DNA of 64,000 bases from Gallionella sp. (GCA_049684555.1 JBAVGB010000041.1:8565-72564), one strand, 5' to 3'. Counted from the first letter of the stretch, positions 31,476 to 41,533 are shown. Program-made: numbers and translations. Notes: generated by a model from the letters alone, not told the origin.

Positions 31476-32705
31476 TTATGCAATTTTTTTAACCAGTGGT
31501 TCGATCGCGTCAATGCGCGCCTGCTGCACTGCATCCGCGATGGTACTGCTGTCCGGACATTGTCTTGCGATCTCGCCCGCGTCGACTGCGCGCGCGACGG
31601 AGAGCAGATTCAGCAGGTAATCCGCCGGCGGATAGGCATCCTCGCCATGCCCGGTGCGGCCTCGGGCATCCGAGGCGCACGCCTGCAACAGATGGTTGAA
31701 GCGTTCCAGCCTGCGCCATGCGTCGGCCGACTGGAACAATCTGATAATGGTATCGGCGCGCAATTCCCTGGCGCGATGGATGTCGCCGTGATAACGCGCG
31801 GCCAGCAGTGCCAGGTCGCGGCATTCGCCCGGTGCGCGCAGTCGCTCCGAGAGTTGTTTGACCAGTTCCACGCTGCGCAGCTCGTGTCCGGTATGGCGCG
31901 GCAATATCTCCCTGGGCGTGGTGGCCTTGCCCAGATCATGGGTCAGCGCGGCATAGCGCGTTTCCAGCGCATAGCCGTGCCGTGCCGCATCGTCCACCAC
32001 CAGCATGGTGTGTATGCCGCAATCGATTTCGGGATGATGCTTTTCCGGTTGCGGCACGCCGAACAGTCCGTCCACCTCGGGGATGATCCTGGCCAGCGCC
32101 CCGCAGCTGCGCAGCGTCTCGAAAAAGCGCGACGGAGTCTTCTCCATCAGGCCGCGCGCCAGTTCCTGCCAGACGCGCTCTGCCACCAGCGCATCCACTT
32201 CGCCGTTTTCCACCATGCCGCGCATCAGCTGCAACGTCTCGGGGGCGACGGTGAATCCGAAGCGTGCCGCAAAACGCGCCGCGCGCAGGATGCGCACCGG
32301 GTCTTCGCCGAACGCCGCGCTGACATGGCGCAGGATGCCCGCGCGCAGATCGGCGACGCCGTTGTACGGATCGATCAGCTTGCCTTCGGCATCCTCGGCA
32401 ATTGCGTTGATGGTGAAATCGCGGCGCAGCAGGTCCTGTTCGAGCGTGACGTCCGGCGCTGCATAAACGGCAAACCCCTGGTAGCCGCGCGCGGTCTTGC
32501 GCTCGGTGCGTGCTAGCGCATATTCCTCATGCGTCTTCGGGTGCAGGAACACCGGGAAATCCTTGCCGACCGGCTGGAAGCCCTGTGCCACCATTTCTTC
32601 CGGCGTGCCGCCCACCACCACCCAATCATGATCCTGGACGGGCAGTCCGAGCAAACGGTCGCGCACCGCGCCGCCCACGCAATAGATTTTTGCGTCACTT
32701 GCCAT
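31476..32705 (-). CDS. cca: Multifunctional CCA-adding enzyme (tRNA nucleotidyltransferase with HD domain)
   Basis: Contains KIYCVGGAVRDRLLG, DWVVVG and ERKT motifs plus a C-terminal HD domain (LTHDLGK). The start is at 32705 or 32726 and overlaps the slt 3' end. Confidence 0.92.
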   Translation of the reverse strand: MASDAKIYCVGGAVRDRLLGLPVQDHDWVVVGGTPEEMVAQGFQPVGKDFPVFLHPKTHEEYALARTERKTARGYQGFAVYAAPDVTLEQDLLRRDFTINAIAEDAEGKLIDPYNGVADLRAGILRHVSAAFGEDPVRILRAARFAARFGFTVAPETLQLMRGMVENGEVDALVAERVWQELARGLMEKTPSRFFETLRSCGALARIIPEVDGLFGVPQPEKHHPEIDCGIHTMLVVDDAARHGYALETRYAALTHDLGKATTPREILPRHTGHELRSVELVKQLSERLRAPGECRDLALLAARYHGDIHRARELRADTIIRLFQSADAWRRLERFNHLLQACASDARGRTGHGEDAYPPADYLLNLLSVARAVDAGEIARQCPDSSTIADAVQQARIDAIEPLVKKIA

Positions 32706-35088
32706 CGGAGTTCGACTGCGGGTCATTGGCTGCAGGGCTATCCGAAGACCTGCCCGGGATCGTGCCCAGGAGTTGCTTGAGCGAGCGCGGCGGGTCGCCG
32801 AACTGGTTGGCGTAATAGACGGTATTGCTCATCACCTTTTCCACATAGTCGCGCGTTTCTTCATAGGGTATGGTTTCGGCATAGATCGCGCCCTCGAGGG
32901 GCTTGTCGCCGCGCCACTGGAGTGCCCGTATCGGTCCGGCATTGTATGCTGCCGAGGCAAGCACCGGATTGTTCTGGGACTGGGAAAGCACCGTTTTCAT
33001 GTAGTAGGTGCCGATGCGCAAATTGGTGTCGAGCTGGTGGATCAGCGTTTTATGATAGCTTCTCAGCCCCAGTTTTTTGGCCACCCAGCGTGCCGTCGCG
33101 GGCATGATCTGCATCAATCCCGCCGCGCCGGTTTCGGATTTTGCACTGGTGGCAAAGCGGCTTTCCTGGCGCATCAGTCCGTAAACCCATGCTTCATCGA
33201 GTCCCTGCTCGCGCAGATGTACCTGCAGGTCGGTCCGGTACGGCGCAAGGTAGCGCATGCTGAAATCGTGTTCACTGACGGTCTTCTCCGCGGCACCGAT
33301 GGCACGGTCGTACATCCTGTTGCGCCGCGCGATCTCTGCCGCGGTCAGCAATTGCCGGTCATTGAGATTGCCCACCAGCCAGCGCCATTCATCCAGCGCC
33401 TCGGTGCGCATGCCGATCCGGTACAGGGTCAGCGTGCGTTGCACGCCCGGCATCGCCGATACCGCGGCAATGGCCTGGCTGTCGGGCTTGTAGGCTGGCA
33501 TGGCCTGGCTTAATACTGCGGTGCCGGACAATTCGTCGCCGGCAAGCTGTCCGTAAAAGCTGTATTCCGCGCTGAGCGGCGCGAAGATCGCCCGCGCATC
33601 GGCGATATTGCCCAATGCCTCCAGCGCGCGCGCTTTCCAGTACAGCCATGCGGATTCGTGCTGTTGCTGCGCATTCATTGCGTTAATGCTTGCCAACACC
33701 TCGGGCCAGTCCCGTGCGCGCAATGCGGCGCGGACCCGCCATGCGGATTGCTGTTCGTTGAGCGGCGTGCCGGACGCGTCCCGGTACCATTGCAGTGCGC
33801 GCCCATCCAGATTGCGCGCGGCCTGATAAGCCAGCCTGCCGTAGCAATATTGCTGCTCGGGCGACGGGAAATAGCCGGCGATCTTTGCCCAGTGCGCGGC
33901 AGCCAGATCTGGGGATTGCTTTGCCAGGCGATCCAGCGCAAACAGCGCGGCAACCCGCTGACCCCTGCTTGCCAGCCTGGGATCCCATCCCATGGGCGGA
34001 ACGGTGTCGTCGTCGTAGACATCCGGACAGGACGCATCGCAATCCGAGACCGGACTTGCGGACGACGGCGTCGATCCGGCAGTGGGCGGGGGATTGCCGG
34101 CCTTGTCGAGGCCAACCCAGGACCACAGATTGCCCCAGTCAAATTTCCCCGCGGCCTGGGCGGCTGCCTTCGCGTCGGCCCGGGCTGCGACATCCACCGG
34201 GGAAGCGGATGCCACGGAAGAAACGGATGCCACGGAGGAGGCCGGCGGCTTGATGTCGGCAATAGGTGCCGGGCCCGGTGCGCTGGTGCGGGCTTGCGCG
34301 GCCGGTTTGCCGCTGGACGGATGGTTGCGGCCCGGGTGATTGCCGACCGGGGGCAGCTTGTTCAGGTAACGGACCGGGTCCGCAGCCGCGCTTCTCAGCA
34401 TGCCGGGCAGACCCGCGTACTGGTCATCCAGCAGTGCGGACAACTGGATCGCAAACGACACGTTGTTCCCCTCCAGCGCCAGGCGCAGCCGTCGACTGAC
34501 ATCCTGTTTGCTGATGATGCCCGCAGCAAGCGCCGCATCGAACAGGGTGCCGCAACTATCCGGCTGCTGCTTGCCGGTGAACCACAATTGCCGCGCCCGC
34601 CGCAGTGCTTCGGATTCCTGGTTGCGTCGGCGCGATTGCAGCGCATAGCAAGCCAGTTCGGTGTCCTGGTCGCGCAAGTGCGGGTATTCCGCATGGAACT
34701 CGTCCCATTGCTGTCTCTTTCCGAGCACCTTGAGCCATTCGCCGCGCAGCTGGTCGATCACCGGCGTGTCTTCGGGGCGGGACAGGAAACGCTTGACCGC
34801 GCTCTCGAGCGCAGTCGGAACAGGGTGTTGATCGATGTTGTCCAGCGCCAGACTCAGCTGGTAATAGCTGGCGTACACTTCCAGCGGTGAATTTTTCAAA
34901 CGCTGTGCATAGCGGTCCAGTTTTACCTTGTCGCCGGCGAGAAAGGCATCGTGCGCGGCAAGAAAATCCGAATCACCCGGAAGGCGGGAACCGACGAAGA
35001 TTTCACCGTTCTGCGGCGGACTAGTAGCGGCCGGCCTCGCCATTGCGGGCGGAGCGATCAGCAACAAAAAACAAAGTATGAATCTCAT
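32695..35088 (-). CDS. slt: Soluble lytic murein transglycosylase (Slt70-like) with low-complexity insertion
   Basis: Signal peptide, superhelical repeat region and a C-terminal SLT domain (ESRF..SA.S..GA.GLMQIMP.TA; AYNAGP). Confidence 0.88.
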   Translation of the reverse strand: MRFILCFLLLIAPPAMARPAATSPPQNGEIFVGSRLPGDSDFLAAHDAFLAGDKVKLDRYAQRLKNSPLEVYASYYQLSLALDNIDQHPVPTALESAVKRFLSRPEDTPVIDQLRGEWLKVLGKRQQWDEFHAEYPHLRDQDTELACYALQSRRRNQESEALRRARQLWFTGKQQPDSCGTLFDAALAAGIISKQDVSRRLRLALEGNNVSFAIQLSALLDDQYAGLPGMLRSAAADPVRYLNKLPPVGNHPGRNHPSSGKPAAQARTSAPGPAPIADIKPPASSVASVSSVASASPVDVAARADAKAAAQAAGKFDWGNLWSWVGLDKAGNPPPTAGSTPSSASPVSDCDASCPDVYDDDTVPPMGWDPRLASRGQRVAALFALDRLAKQSPDLAAAHWAKIAGYFPSPEQQYCYGRLAYQAARNLDGRALQWYRDASGTPLNEQQSAWRVRAALRARDWPEVLASINAMNAQQQHESAWLYWKARALEALGNIADARAIFAPLSAEYSFYGQLAGDELSGTAVLSQAMPAYKPDSQAIAAVSAMPGVQRTLTLYRIGMRTEALDEWRWLVGNLNDRQLLTAAEIARRNRMYDRAIGAAEKTVSEHDFSMRYLAPYRTDLQVHLREQGLDEAWVYGLMRQESRFATSAKSETGAAGLMQIMPATARWVAKKLGLRSYHKTLIHQLDTNLRIGTYYMKTVLSQSQNNPVLASAAYNAGPIRALQWRGDKPLEGAIYAETIPYEETRDYVEKVMSNTVYYANQFGDPPRSLKQLLGTIPGRSSDSPAANDPQSNSDGK

Positions 35089-35396
35089 CTGAAACCATCA
35101 AGGGAAATTTGCGGGGAAGCACGCCCGTCACAACACCACCCGTTACGAGTGTTTTGGCCGCCGCCAGTTCCTGTTGCCGCGCGGGCGATAGATGATGTTA
35201 TACCGCATTTCTCGCCCGGGTCATATTGCCGGGCTGGTCCGGTCTCAGCAGCCAATCGTGCGGCAACAGCGCTAAACAGACTGCTGGAACCAGCCCAGCG
35301 CATCGCTTGCCCTGGTTGTGTCTGCATTTTCCCGGTGCTTTCCGGATTGCATGTCGCCTCCCGGTACGGGAACAGATGATGCTGGCTTCCGTGTCA

Positions 35397-36302
35397 TCAG
35401 ACCCAGTCCCTGGGAACCAGGAACTTTTCGTACAATTCCGCTTCCGCAGTGCCTTGCTGCGGATGCCAGTCATAGCGCCATTTCACCAGCGGCGGCATGG
35501 ACAGCAGGATGGACTCGGTGCGGCCGTTGGATTGCAGGCCGAAGATGGTGCCGCGGTCGATCACCAGGTTGAATTCGACATAGCGGCCGCGCCGGTAGAG
35601 CTGGAAATCGCGCTCGCGGTCGCCGTACGGGGTGTCCTTGCGGCGCTCCAGGATGGGCACGTAGGCGGACAGGAAGTGGTCGCCCACGCTCTGCTGGACC
35701 GCAAATGCGGTGTCAAAATCCGGCAGGCTGAGGTCGTCGAAAAAGATCCCGCCGACGCCGCGCGGTTCATTGCGATGCTTGATGAAGAAATACTCGTCGC
35801 ACCATTTTTTGTACCTGGGATGCAGCTCCGCACCGAACGGCGCGAGCGAATTCTTGCAGGCCTGGTGGAAATGCACAGCGTCTTCCTCATGGCCGTAATA
35901 CGGCGTCAGGTCCATGCCGCCGCCGAACCAGAATACCGGGGCAGCGCCGTCTTTCATCGCGACGAACATGCGCACGTTCATGTGCACCGTGGGGGCATAG
36001 GGGTTGCGCGGATGAAACACCAGCGACACACCCATCGCTTCCCAGCGGCGGCCGGCCAGTTCCGGGCGATGTGCGGTGGCAGACGGCGGCATCTTGTCGC
36101 CCATGACATGGGAGAACGCCACGCCGCCGCGTTCCAGCACGTTGCCTTCCTCGAGTATGCAGCTTCTGCCACCGCCGCCTTCAGCCCGGTCCCAGTTGTC
36201 GCGGATGAATTTTTTTTCGTCCACCTGCTCCAGCCTGTCCACGATGAGTTCCTGCAGTTCAAACAGATATTCCTTTACCGCTGCGGAATCGAATCCACTC
36301 AT
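35397..36302 (-). CDS. hemF: Oxygen-dependent coproporphyrinogen III oxidase
   Basis: 301 aa with GGGG.S, VNFS-type and [10 protein letters not shown] motifs. Full-length HemF match. Confidence 0.95.
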   Translation of the reverse strand: MSGFDSAAVKEYLFELQELIVDRLEQVDEKKFIRDNWDRAEGGGGRSCILEEGNVLERGGVAFSHVMGDKMPPSATAHRPELAGRRWEAMGVSLVFHPRNPYAPTVHMNVRMFVAMKDGAAPVFWFGGGMDLTPYYGHEEDAVHFHQACKNSLAPFGAELHPRYKKWCDEYFFIKHRNEPRGVGGIFFDDLSLPDFDTAFAVQQSVGDHFLSAYVPILERRKDTPYGDRERDFQLYRRGRYVEFNLVIDRGTIFGLQSNGRTESILLSMPPLVKWRYDWHPQQGTAEAELYEKFLVPRDWV

Positions 36303-36319
36303 GATTATTCCAATGTCGA

Positions 36320-36877
36320 TTAGCTGCGTATGATTTTACCATCAGCCCACCTCGCGATGGTCGAGGGTTTTTTGTTGTTGCCCACACGCCCCGGCAATAC
36401 CCACACTTTGCGCGCGAACAACAGACGGCATTGCGCATAGGTTCTCGCGGGACGCTGTCCGCTGCGGTTGGCGCTGGTGGAGACCAGTGCACTGCCCACG
36501 CCGCGGCAGAGTTGCGCGGCCTGCCGGTGCGCGGTCAAGCGTATCGCCAGTGTGTCATGGTTGCCGCGCAACCAGCGCGGCGCGGAAGGCAGGACAGGCA
36601 TCAGGTAGGTGACGGCCTGTGCCCCGGCAATTTTGAGCTGTTGCTGTTGTGATGGCGCAAGAGGATGCAGGTAGCGCGCAACCTGGTGATAACTTGCCGC
36701 GATCAGGATCAGGCCCTTGTGTTGCGGGCGCTGCTTGAGCCTGAGCAGGCGCAGCACCGCGTTGCGGTTGTCCGGGTCGCAGCCGAGTCCGTAGCAGGAT
36801 TCGGTGGGATAGGCGATCAGGCCGCCGCGCCTGAGATGCGCGGCAATGCGGCGATACGAGGAGGGTGCGCGTAGCAT
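36320..36877 (-). CDS. tsaC: L-threonylcarbamoyladenylate synthase (TsaC/YrdC family)
   Basis: 185 aa containing [23 protein letters not shown] and STSAN. Confidence 0.88.
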   Translation of the reverse strand: MLRAPSSYRRIAAHLRRGGLIAYPTESCYGLGCDPDNRNAVLRLLRLKQRPQHKGLILIAASYHQVARYLHPLAPSQQQQLKIAGAQAVTYLMPVLPSAPRWLRGNHDTLAIRLTAHRQAAQLCRGVGSALVSTSANRSGQRPARTYAQCRLLFARKVWVLPGRVGNNKKPSTIARWADGKIIRS

Positions 36878-37015
36878 TCAGTGGTCCAAAAAATTCGCAG
36901 TTCTAGGCCAGACTAGACGCGCGATAAAAATCGAAGCGCAGCATATTGGGTTATATGTAAGCAAGATTTTTTGAGCGCAACGACGCATGCCGACGAAATG
37001 TGGATTTTTGAACAA

Positions 37016-38293
37016 TTATTTCCTGTGGGCATTGATCGCGCGATACCCGATATCGCGGCGCATCTGGCAGCCGTCGAAGCGGATGCCGTCGGCGATCTCA
37101 TAGGCGCGTTTCTGCGCCATTTTCACCATCGTGCCCAGCGCGGTGACGCACAGCACGCGTCCGCCGCTGGTGACGACCTTGCCATCCTGCATCGCCGTTC
37201 CGGCATGGAAGACATGCGCATCTTCCAGTTTTTTCGGCAAGCCGGTGATGACATCGCCTTTGCGCGGCGTGTCCGGGTAATTGGCGGCGGCCATCACCAC
37301 GCCGAGCGCGGTGCGCCTGTCCCATTCCGCCTCCACGCGGTCCAGCGTGCCGTTGATCGCGTGTTCGACGATGGCGGCAAAATTGCTTTTCAGGCGCAGC
37401 ATGATGGGCTGGGTTTCGGGGTCGCCCATGCGGCAGTTGAATTCCAGCACCTTGATGCCGCCGTCCGGCGAGATCATCAGGCCGGCATAAAGGAATCCGG
37501 TGTAATTGATCCCTTCCTTTTCCATGCCGCGCACCACCGGCTGGATCACCTCGCGCATCGCGCGCGCATGCAGCTCGGGCGTGACCATCGGCGCGGGCGA
37601 GTAGGCGCCCATGCCGCCGGTGTTGGGGCCCTTGTCGCCATCCAGCAAGCGCTTGTGATCCTGGCTGGTTGCCATCGGCAAGATATGCTTGCCGTCCACC
37701 ATCACGATGAAGCTGGCCTCTTCGCCGGTCAGGAATTCCTCGACCACCACGCGTGCGCCGGCATCGCCCAGCTTGTTGTCGGCGAGCATCATGTCGATTG
37801 CGGCGTACGCTTCATCCTTGCTCATCGCGACGACGACGCCCTTTCCGGCGGCAAGTCCGTCGGCCTTGATCACGATCGGCGCGCCATGCTTTTCGACATA
37901 GGCTTTCGCCGGCCTGATCTCGCTGAACGTTTCGAAGAAGGCGGTCGGAATGTTGTGGCGCACCATGAAGCGCTTGGCGAAATCCTTGGAGGATTCGAGC
38001 TGCGCGGCCGCTTTGGTCGGACCAAAAATTCTAAGCCCGGCGGCGCGGAAGGCATCCACGATACCGGCCGCCAGCGGGCCCTCCGGACCGACGATGGTCA
38101 TGTGAATGTCCTCGCGCTGCGCGAAGGCGATTAACTCGGGAATGGCGGTGATCGCGACATTCGCGACCCCTTCTTCAAGGGCAGTGCCGGCGTTGCCCGG
38201 CGCGACATAAACCTTTTGCACCTTCACGCCCTGCGCGAGCCGCCAAGCCATCGCGTGTTCGCGACCGCCGGAACCAATAACTAATATTTTCAT
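37016..38293 (-). CDS. purD: Phosphoribosylamine-glycine ligase
   Basis: 425 aa beginning MKILVIGSGGREHA. Full-length ATP-grasp PurD match. Confidence 0.97.
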   Translation of the reverse strand: MKILVIGSGGREHAMAWRLAQGVKVQKVYVAPGNAGTALEEGVANVAITAIPELIAFAQREDIHMTIVGPEGPLAAGIVDAFRAAGLRIFGPTKAAAQLESSKDFAKRFMVRHNIPTAFFETFSEIRPAKAYVEKHGAPIVIKADGLAAGKGVVVAMSKDEAYAAIDMMLADNKLGDAGARVVVEEFLTGEEASFIVMVDGKHILPMATSQDHKRLLDGDKGPNTGGMGAYSPAPMVTPELHARAMREVIQPVVRGMEKEGINYTGFLYAGLMISPDGGIKVLEFNCRMGDPETQPIMLRLKSNFAAIVEHAINGTLDRVEAEWDRRTALGVVMAAANYPDTPRKGDVITGLPKKLEDAHVFHAGTAMQDGKVVTSGGRVLCVTALGTMVKMAQKRAYEIADGIRFDGCQMRRDIGYRAINAHRK

Positions 38294-38325
38294 ATCAAAC
38301 CTTGTATATCTCTTGGATACTGGTT

Positions 38326-38445
38326 AAAACGTCACGAGCGATGACAGAACAAGGAGCGCAAGAATGAAGGAGCGGAATTTACTGTTGTGTAAATGAGCAT
38401 TCTGAATTCTTGCGGCGACGCCGTTATGTCGAGCGCAGTAGTTTT
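38326..38445. repeat. Family X element, inverted pair (imperfect 120-bp palindrome)
   Basis: Arm 1 is AAAACGTCACGAGCG...GCGGAATTTAC (38326-38382), followed by a 6-nt loop. Arm 2 is GTAAATGAGC...GAGCGCAGTAGTTTT (38389-45). Arm 1 is about three-quarters identical to 40078-40134. Confidence 0.7.
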
Positions 38446-40009
38446 AATGGCGGAAATGGCGGAAGCGGGTGAATACCATCGCTATCCCATGTTCGTCCGC
38501 GGCGGCGATCACCTCCTCGTCGCGCATCGAACCGCCGGGCTGGATCACGGCTTTTGCGCCCGCCGCGGCGAGCACGTCGATGCCGTCGCGGAACGGGAAG
38601 AATGCATCCGATGAAACCACGGAGCCGGCCAGGCTGAGCCCGGCGTTCTGCGCCTTGATGCTGGCGATGCGCGTGCTGTCGACACGGCTCATCTGCCCGG
38701 CGCCCACGCCCAGCGTCTGGCCGTTCCTGCAGAACACGATCGCGTTCGACTTCACGTATTTGGCCACGCGCCATGCGAACAGCAGGTCCTGCAGCTGTTC
38801 GCCGGTCGGCTGCGTCTTGCTCACGACTTTGAGTTGCGATGCCTGCACGTTCAGTGTATCCGGTGTCTGCACCAGCAGGCCGCCGTTGACGCGTTTGAAG
38901 TCGAACGGGTTGTGCGCGTTGGACAGCGGCACCGAGAGCACGCGCACGTTCTGCTTGGCCGCGGTGACCCTGAGTGCTGCATCGCTTGCGGAAGGGGCGA
39001 TGATCAGTTCGACGAACTGGTTGGCGGTGATCTGCGCCGCGCTGTCGGCATCCAGCTCGCGGTTGAACGCGATGATGCCGCCGAACGCGGAAGTGGAGTC
39101 GGTGGCGTAGGCCAGCTTGTAGGCCTGCAGCGGGGTTTCGGCGATCGCGACGCCGCAGGGATTGGCGTGCTTGACGATCACACAGGCAGGCTGGTCGAAA
39201 GTCTTGACCAGTTCCCATGCCGCATCGGCATCGCCGATGTTGTTGTAGGAAAGTTCCTTGCCCTGCAGCTGGGTGTAGCCGGCGATGCCGCCCGCCACCG
39301 GAACGAGGTCGCGGTAGAACGCGGCGCGCTGGTGGGGATTTTCTCCGTAGCGCATGTCCTGCACCTTGGCGAAGTTGAAATTGATCTGTTCCGGGAAAGT
39401 GGCCCGGTTGCCTTCCGCATCGATCGCGGTGAGATAGTTGCTGATCGCGGCATCGTATGCGGCGGTGTGTGAAAACGCCTTTTTTGCCAGGTCGAAACGC
39501 GTGGCATCGCTGACCGAGCCCTTGTTGGTCTGTATCTCGGCCAGCACCGATGCGTAATCGGCCGGGTCGGTGACGATCGCGACGTGGCCGTGATTTTTCG
39601 CCGCCGCGCGCACCATGGTCGGTCCGCCGATGTCGATGTTCTCGATCGCGTCTTCCAGCGTGCAGCCGGGCCTGGCGATGGTCGCCGCAAACGGGTAAAG
39701 ATTGACCACTACAAGGTCGATGGTCGGAATGCCGTGCTTCTGCAGCGTGGCGACGTGCTCGGGCAGATCGCGCCGCGCCAGGATGCCGGCATGGACTTTG
39801 GGCTGCAGCGTCTTCACGCGCCCGTCCAGCATCTCGGGGAAACCCGTGTAGTCCGCAACCTCGGTGACCGGAATACCGTTGTCGGCAAGCAGCTTGGCAG
39901 TGCCGCCGGTTGACAGGATGGCGATGCCGAGCTGGTCCAGGCCTTGGGCAAATTCGAGGACGCCGGACTTGTCCGACACGCTGATGAGTGCTTGCTTGAT
40001 GGCTGGCAT
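38444..40009 (-). CDS. purH: Bifunctional AICAR transformylase / IMP cyclohydrolase
   Basis: 521 aa beginning ALISVSDK.G. Full-length PurH match. Confidence 0.97.
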   Translation of the reverse strand: MPAIKQALISVSDKSGVLEFAQGLDQLGIAILSTGGTAKLLADNGIPVTEVADYTGFPEMLDGRVKTLQPKVHAGILARRDLPEHVATLQKHGIPTIDLVVVNLYPFAATIARPGCTLEDAIENIDIGGPTMVRAAAKNHGHVAIVTDPADYASVLAEIQTNKGSVSDATRFDLAKKAFSHTAAYDAAISNYLTAIDAEGNRATFPEQINFNFAKVQDMRYGENPHQRAAFYRDLVPVAGGIAGYTQLQGKELSYNNIGDADAAWELVKTFDQPACVIVKHANPCGVAIAETPLQAYKLAYATDSTSAFGGIIAFNRELDADSAAQITANQFVELIIAPSASDAALRVTAAKQNVRVLSVPLSNAHNPFDFKRVNGGLLVQTPDTLNVQASQLKVVSKTQPTGEQLQDLLFAWRVAKYVKSNAIVFCRNGQTLGVGAGQMSRVDSTRIASIKAQNAGLSLAGSVVSSDAFFPFRDGIDVLAAAGAKAVIQPGGSMRDEEVIAAADEHGIAMVFTRFRHFRH

Positions 40010-40073
40010 GATGATTCCAATGAAATAGTGTGTGTTGATGTTATGGGGTATTGAGTGTCATGCCTAACAGGGT

Positions 40074-40134
40074 GTTGAAAACGTAGCGAGCGCAGACAAG
40101 ACAAGGCGAAAATGGGCGAGAAAGCGGAATTTAC
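40074..40134. repeat. Family X element, single unit flanked by 7-bp direct repeats (MITE-like)
   Basis: GTTGAAAACGTAGCGAGCGCAGACAAGACAAGGCG...GCGGAATTTAC is bracketed by ACAGGGT at 40067-40073 and 40135-40141. Confidence 0.65.
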
Positions 40135-40201
40135 ACAGGGTTTGGCGCAGTGCGCCCCCGCATCTTGGGGCCATTTTTAACGCAGTATTGGCAAGCGTAA
40201 A

Positions 40202-40263
40202 ACCAATGACTTGGCTGTCGTCTTTTGGCAGCCTAGTCAGATGGCTAGTAGTTTCATCGGTAG
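40202..40263. repeat. Interspersed two-hairpin element, family C, copy 3
   Basis: ACCAATGACTTGGCTGTCGTCTTTTGGCAGCCTAGTCAGATGGCTAGTAGTTTCATCGGTAG, located between the fis stop and the purH start. Confidence 0.8.
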
Positions 40264-40277
40264 CTTTCTGCACCCTG

Positions 40278-40529
40278 TTACTCGATGCAGTGTTGTTGTA
40301 TCTTCTTGCGCAGGGTGTTGCGATTGATGCCGAGCATTTCTGCGGCGCGCGTCTGGTTGCCACCGACGTGTTCCAGAACCATTTCAAGCAGCGGCTTTTC
40401 AACACAGTCAATCACCATGTTGTACATCCCGCAGCAGGGTGCTTCGCCGTCCAGGTCCTTGAAATATTCCTTGAGTACCTTGCGCACATAGCGCGCCATA
40501 TCGTTTTCGTCCACCACGAAATCATTCAT
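40278..40529 (-). CDS. fis: Fis family DNA-binding protein
   Basis: 83 aa with a C-terminal HTH (GNQTRAAEMLGINRNTLRKKI). Its start overlaps the dusB stop, the classic dusB-fis operon arrangement. Confidence 0.93.
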   Translation of the reverse strand: MNDFVVDENDMARYVRKVLKEYFKDLDGEAPCCGMYNMVIDCVEKPLLEMVLEHVGGNQTRAAEMLGINRNTLRKKIQQHCIE

Positions 40530-41533
40530 GCCGCCAGTTCCTCGATGTAATGCAGCCGTGATCCACGCTGCGATTGCTCCGCAAAAAAATCGTCCACTGC
40601 CGCCAGTTGTTGGTCCGGCGTTTCGAGCTGATTCATATGATGCCTGAAGTGCGCTGAACCGCTTAGTCCCTTGGTATACCAGGAGATATGTTTGCGCGCC
40701 ACGCGCAAACCGGTGTGCTCGCCGTAGAAGGCGTACAGTTCATGCACATGATGTCGCAGCACGCGATGGATCTCGCCGACCTGGGGCGCGGGCAGATGTT
40801 TACCGGTGTCGAGAAAATGCTTGATCTCGCGGAACAACCACGGGCGGCCCTGCGCGGCGCGCCCTATCATCACCGCATCTGCGCCGGTATGTTCCAGCAC
40901 ATATTTGACCTTTTCCGGGGTGGTGATGTCGCCGTTGGCGATGATCGGTATGCGCACGCTGGCTTTGACTGCGGCGATGGTGTCGTATTCGGCTTCCCCG
41001 GTGTAGGCGCAGGCTCGGGTGCGCCCATGAATGGCCAGCGCCTGGATGCCGCTGGATTCGGCGATCCTGGCGATGCGTATCGCGTTGCGATTCTGTTTGT
41101 CCCATCCGGTACGTATCTTCAGCGTGACCGGCACCTTGACCGCGCCAACCACGGCTTCCAGCAGCTGAGCCACCAGGGGTTCATTCTGCAGCAGCGCGGA
41201 ACCGGCCATCACGTTGCAGATCTTCTTGGCCGGGCAGCCCATGTTGATGTCGATGATTTGCGCGCCGTTGTCCACATTGTATTGCGCGGCTTGCGCGAGC
41301 ATTTCGGGATCGGCACCGACAATCTGCACCGAGATCGGATCGACCTCGCCTTCATGATTGGCGCGCCGTTTGGTCTTTTCCGAGCCGTACAGCAGCGAGT
41401 TCGAAGACACCATCTCGCTCACCGCCATGCCCGCGCCCATGCGCTTGCACAACATCCGGAAGGGGCGGTCGGTCACGCCCGCCATCGGGGCGACGACGAG
41501 GTTGTTTTTCAGCTGGTACGGACCGATGCGCAT
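40526..41533 (-). CDS. dusB: tRNA-dihydrouridine synthase B
   Basis: Begins MRIGPYQLKNNLVVAPMAGVTDRPFR and contains DINMGCP. The start at 41533 matches the family N-terminus, and the track ORF to 41674 is an extension. Confidence 0.93.
   Translation of the reverse strand: MRIGPYQLKNNLVVAPMAGVTDRPFRMLCKRMGAGMAVSEMVSSNSLLYGSEKTKRRANHEGEVDPISVQIVGADPEMLAQAAQYNVDNGAQIIDINMGCPAKKICNVMAGSALLQNEPLVAQLLEAVVGAVKVPVTLKIRTGWDKQNRNAIRIARIAESSGIQALAIHGRTRACAYTGEAEYDTIAAVKASVRIPIIANGDITTPEKVKYVLEHTGADAVMIGRAAQGRPWLFREIKHFLDTGKHLPAPQVGEIHRVLRHHVHELYAFYGEHTGLRVARKHISWYTKGLSGSAHFRHHMNQLETPDQQLAAVDDFFAEQSQRGSRLHYIEELAA

Noticed and set aside
36920-36945. TCTAGGCCAGACTAGA in the tsaC-purD spacer, which resembles the family C core CTAGCCATCTGACTAG.
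   Set aside because: Only a ~16-nt partial similarity, without the flanking hairpins. This is too short to call a repeat copy.
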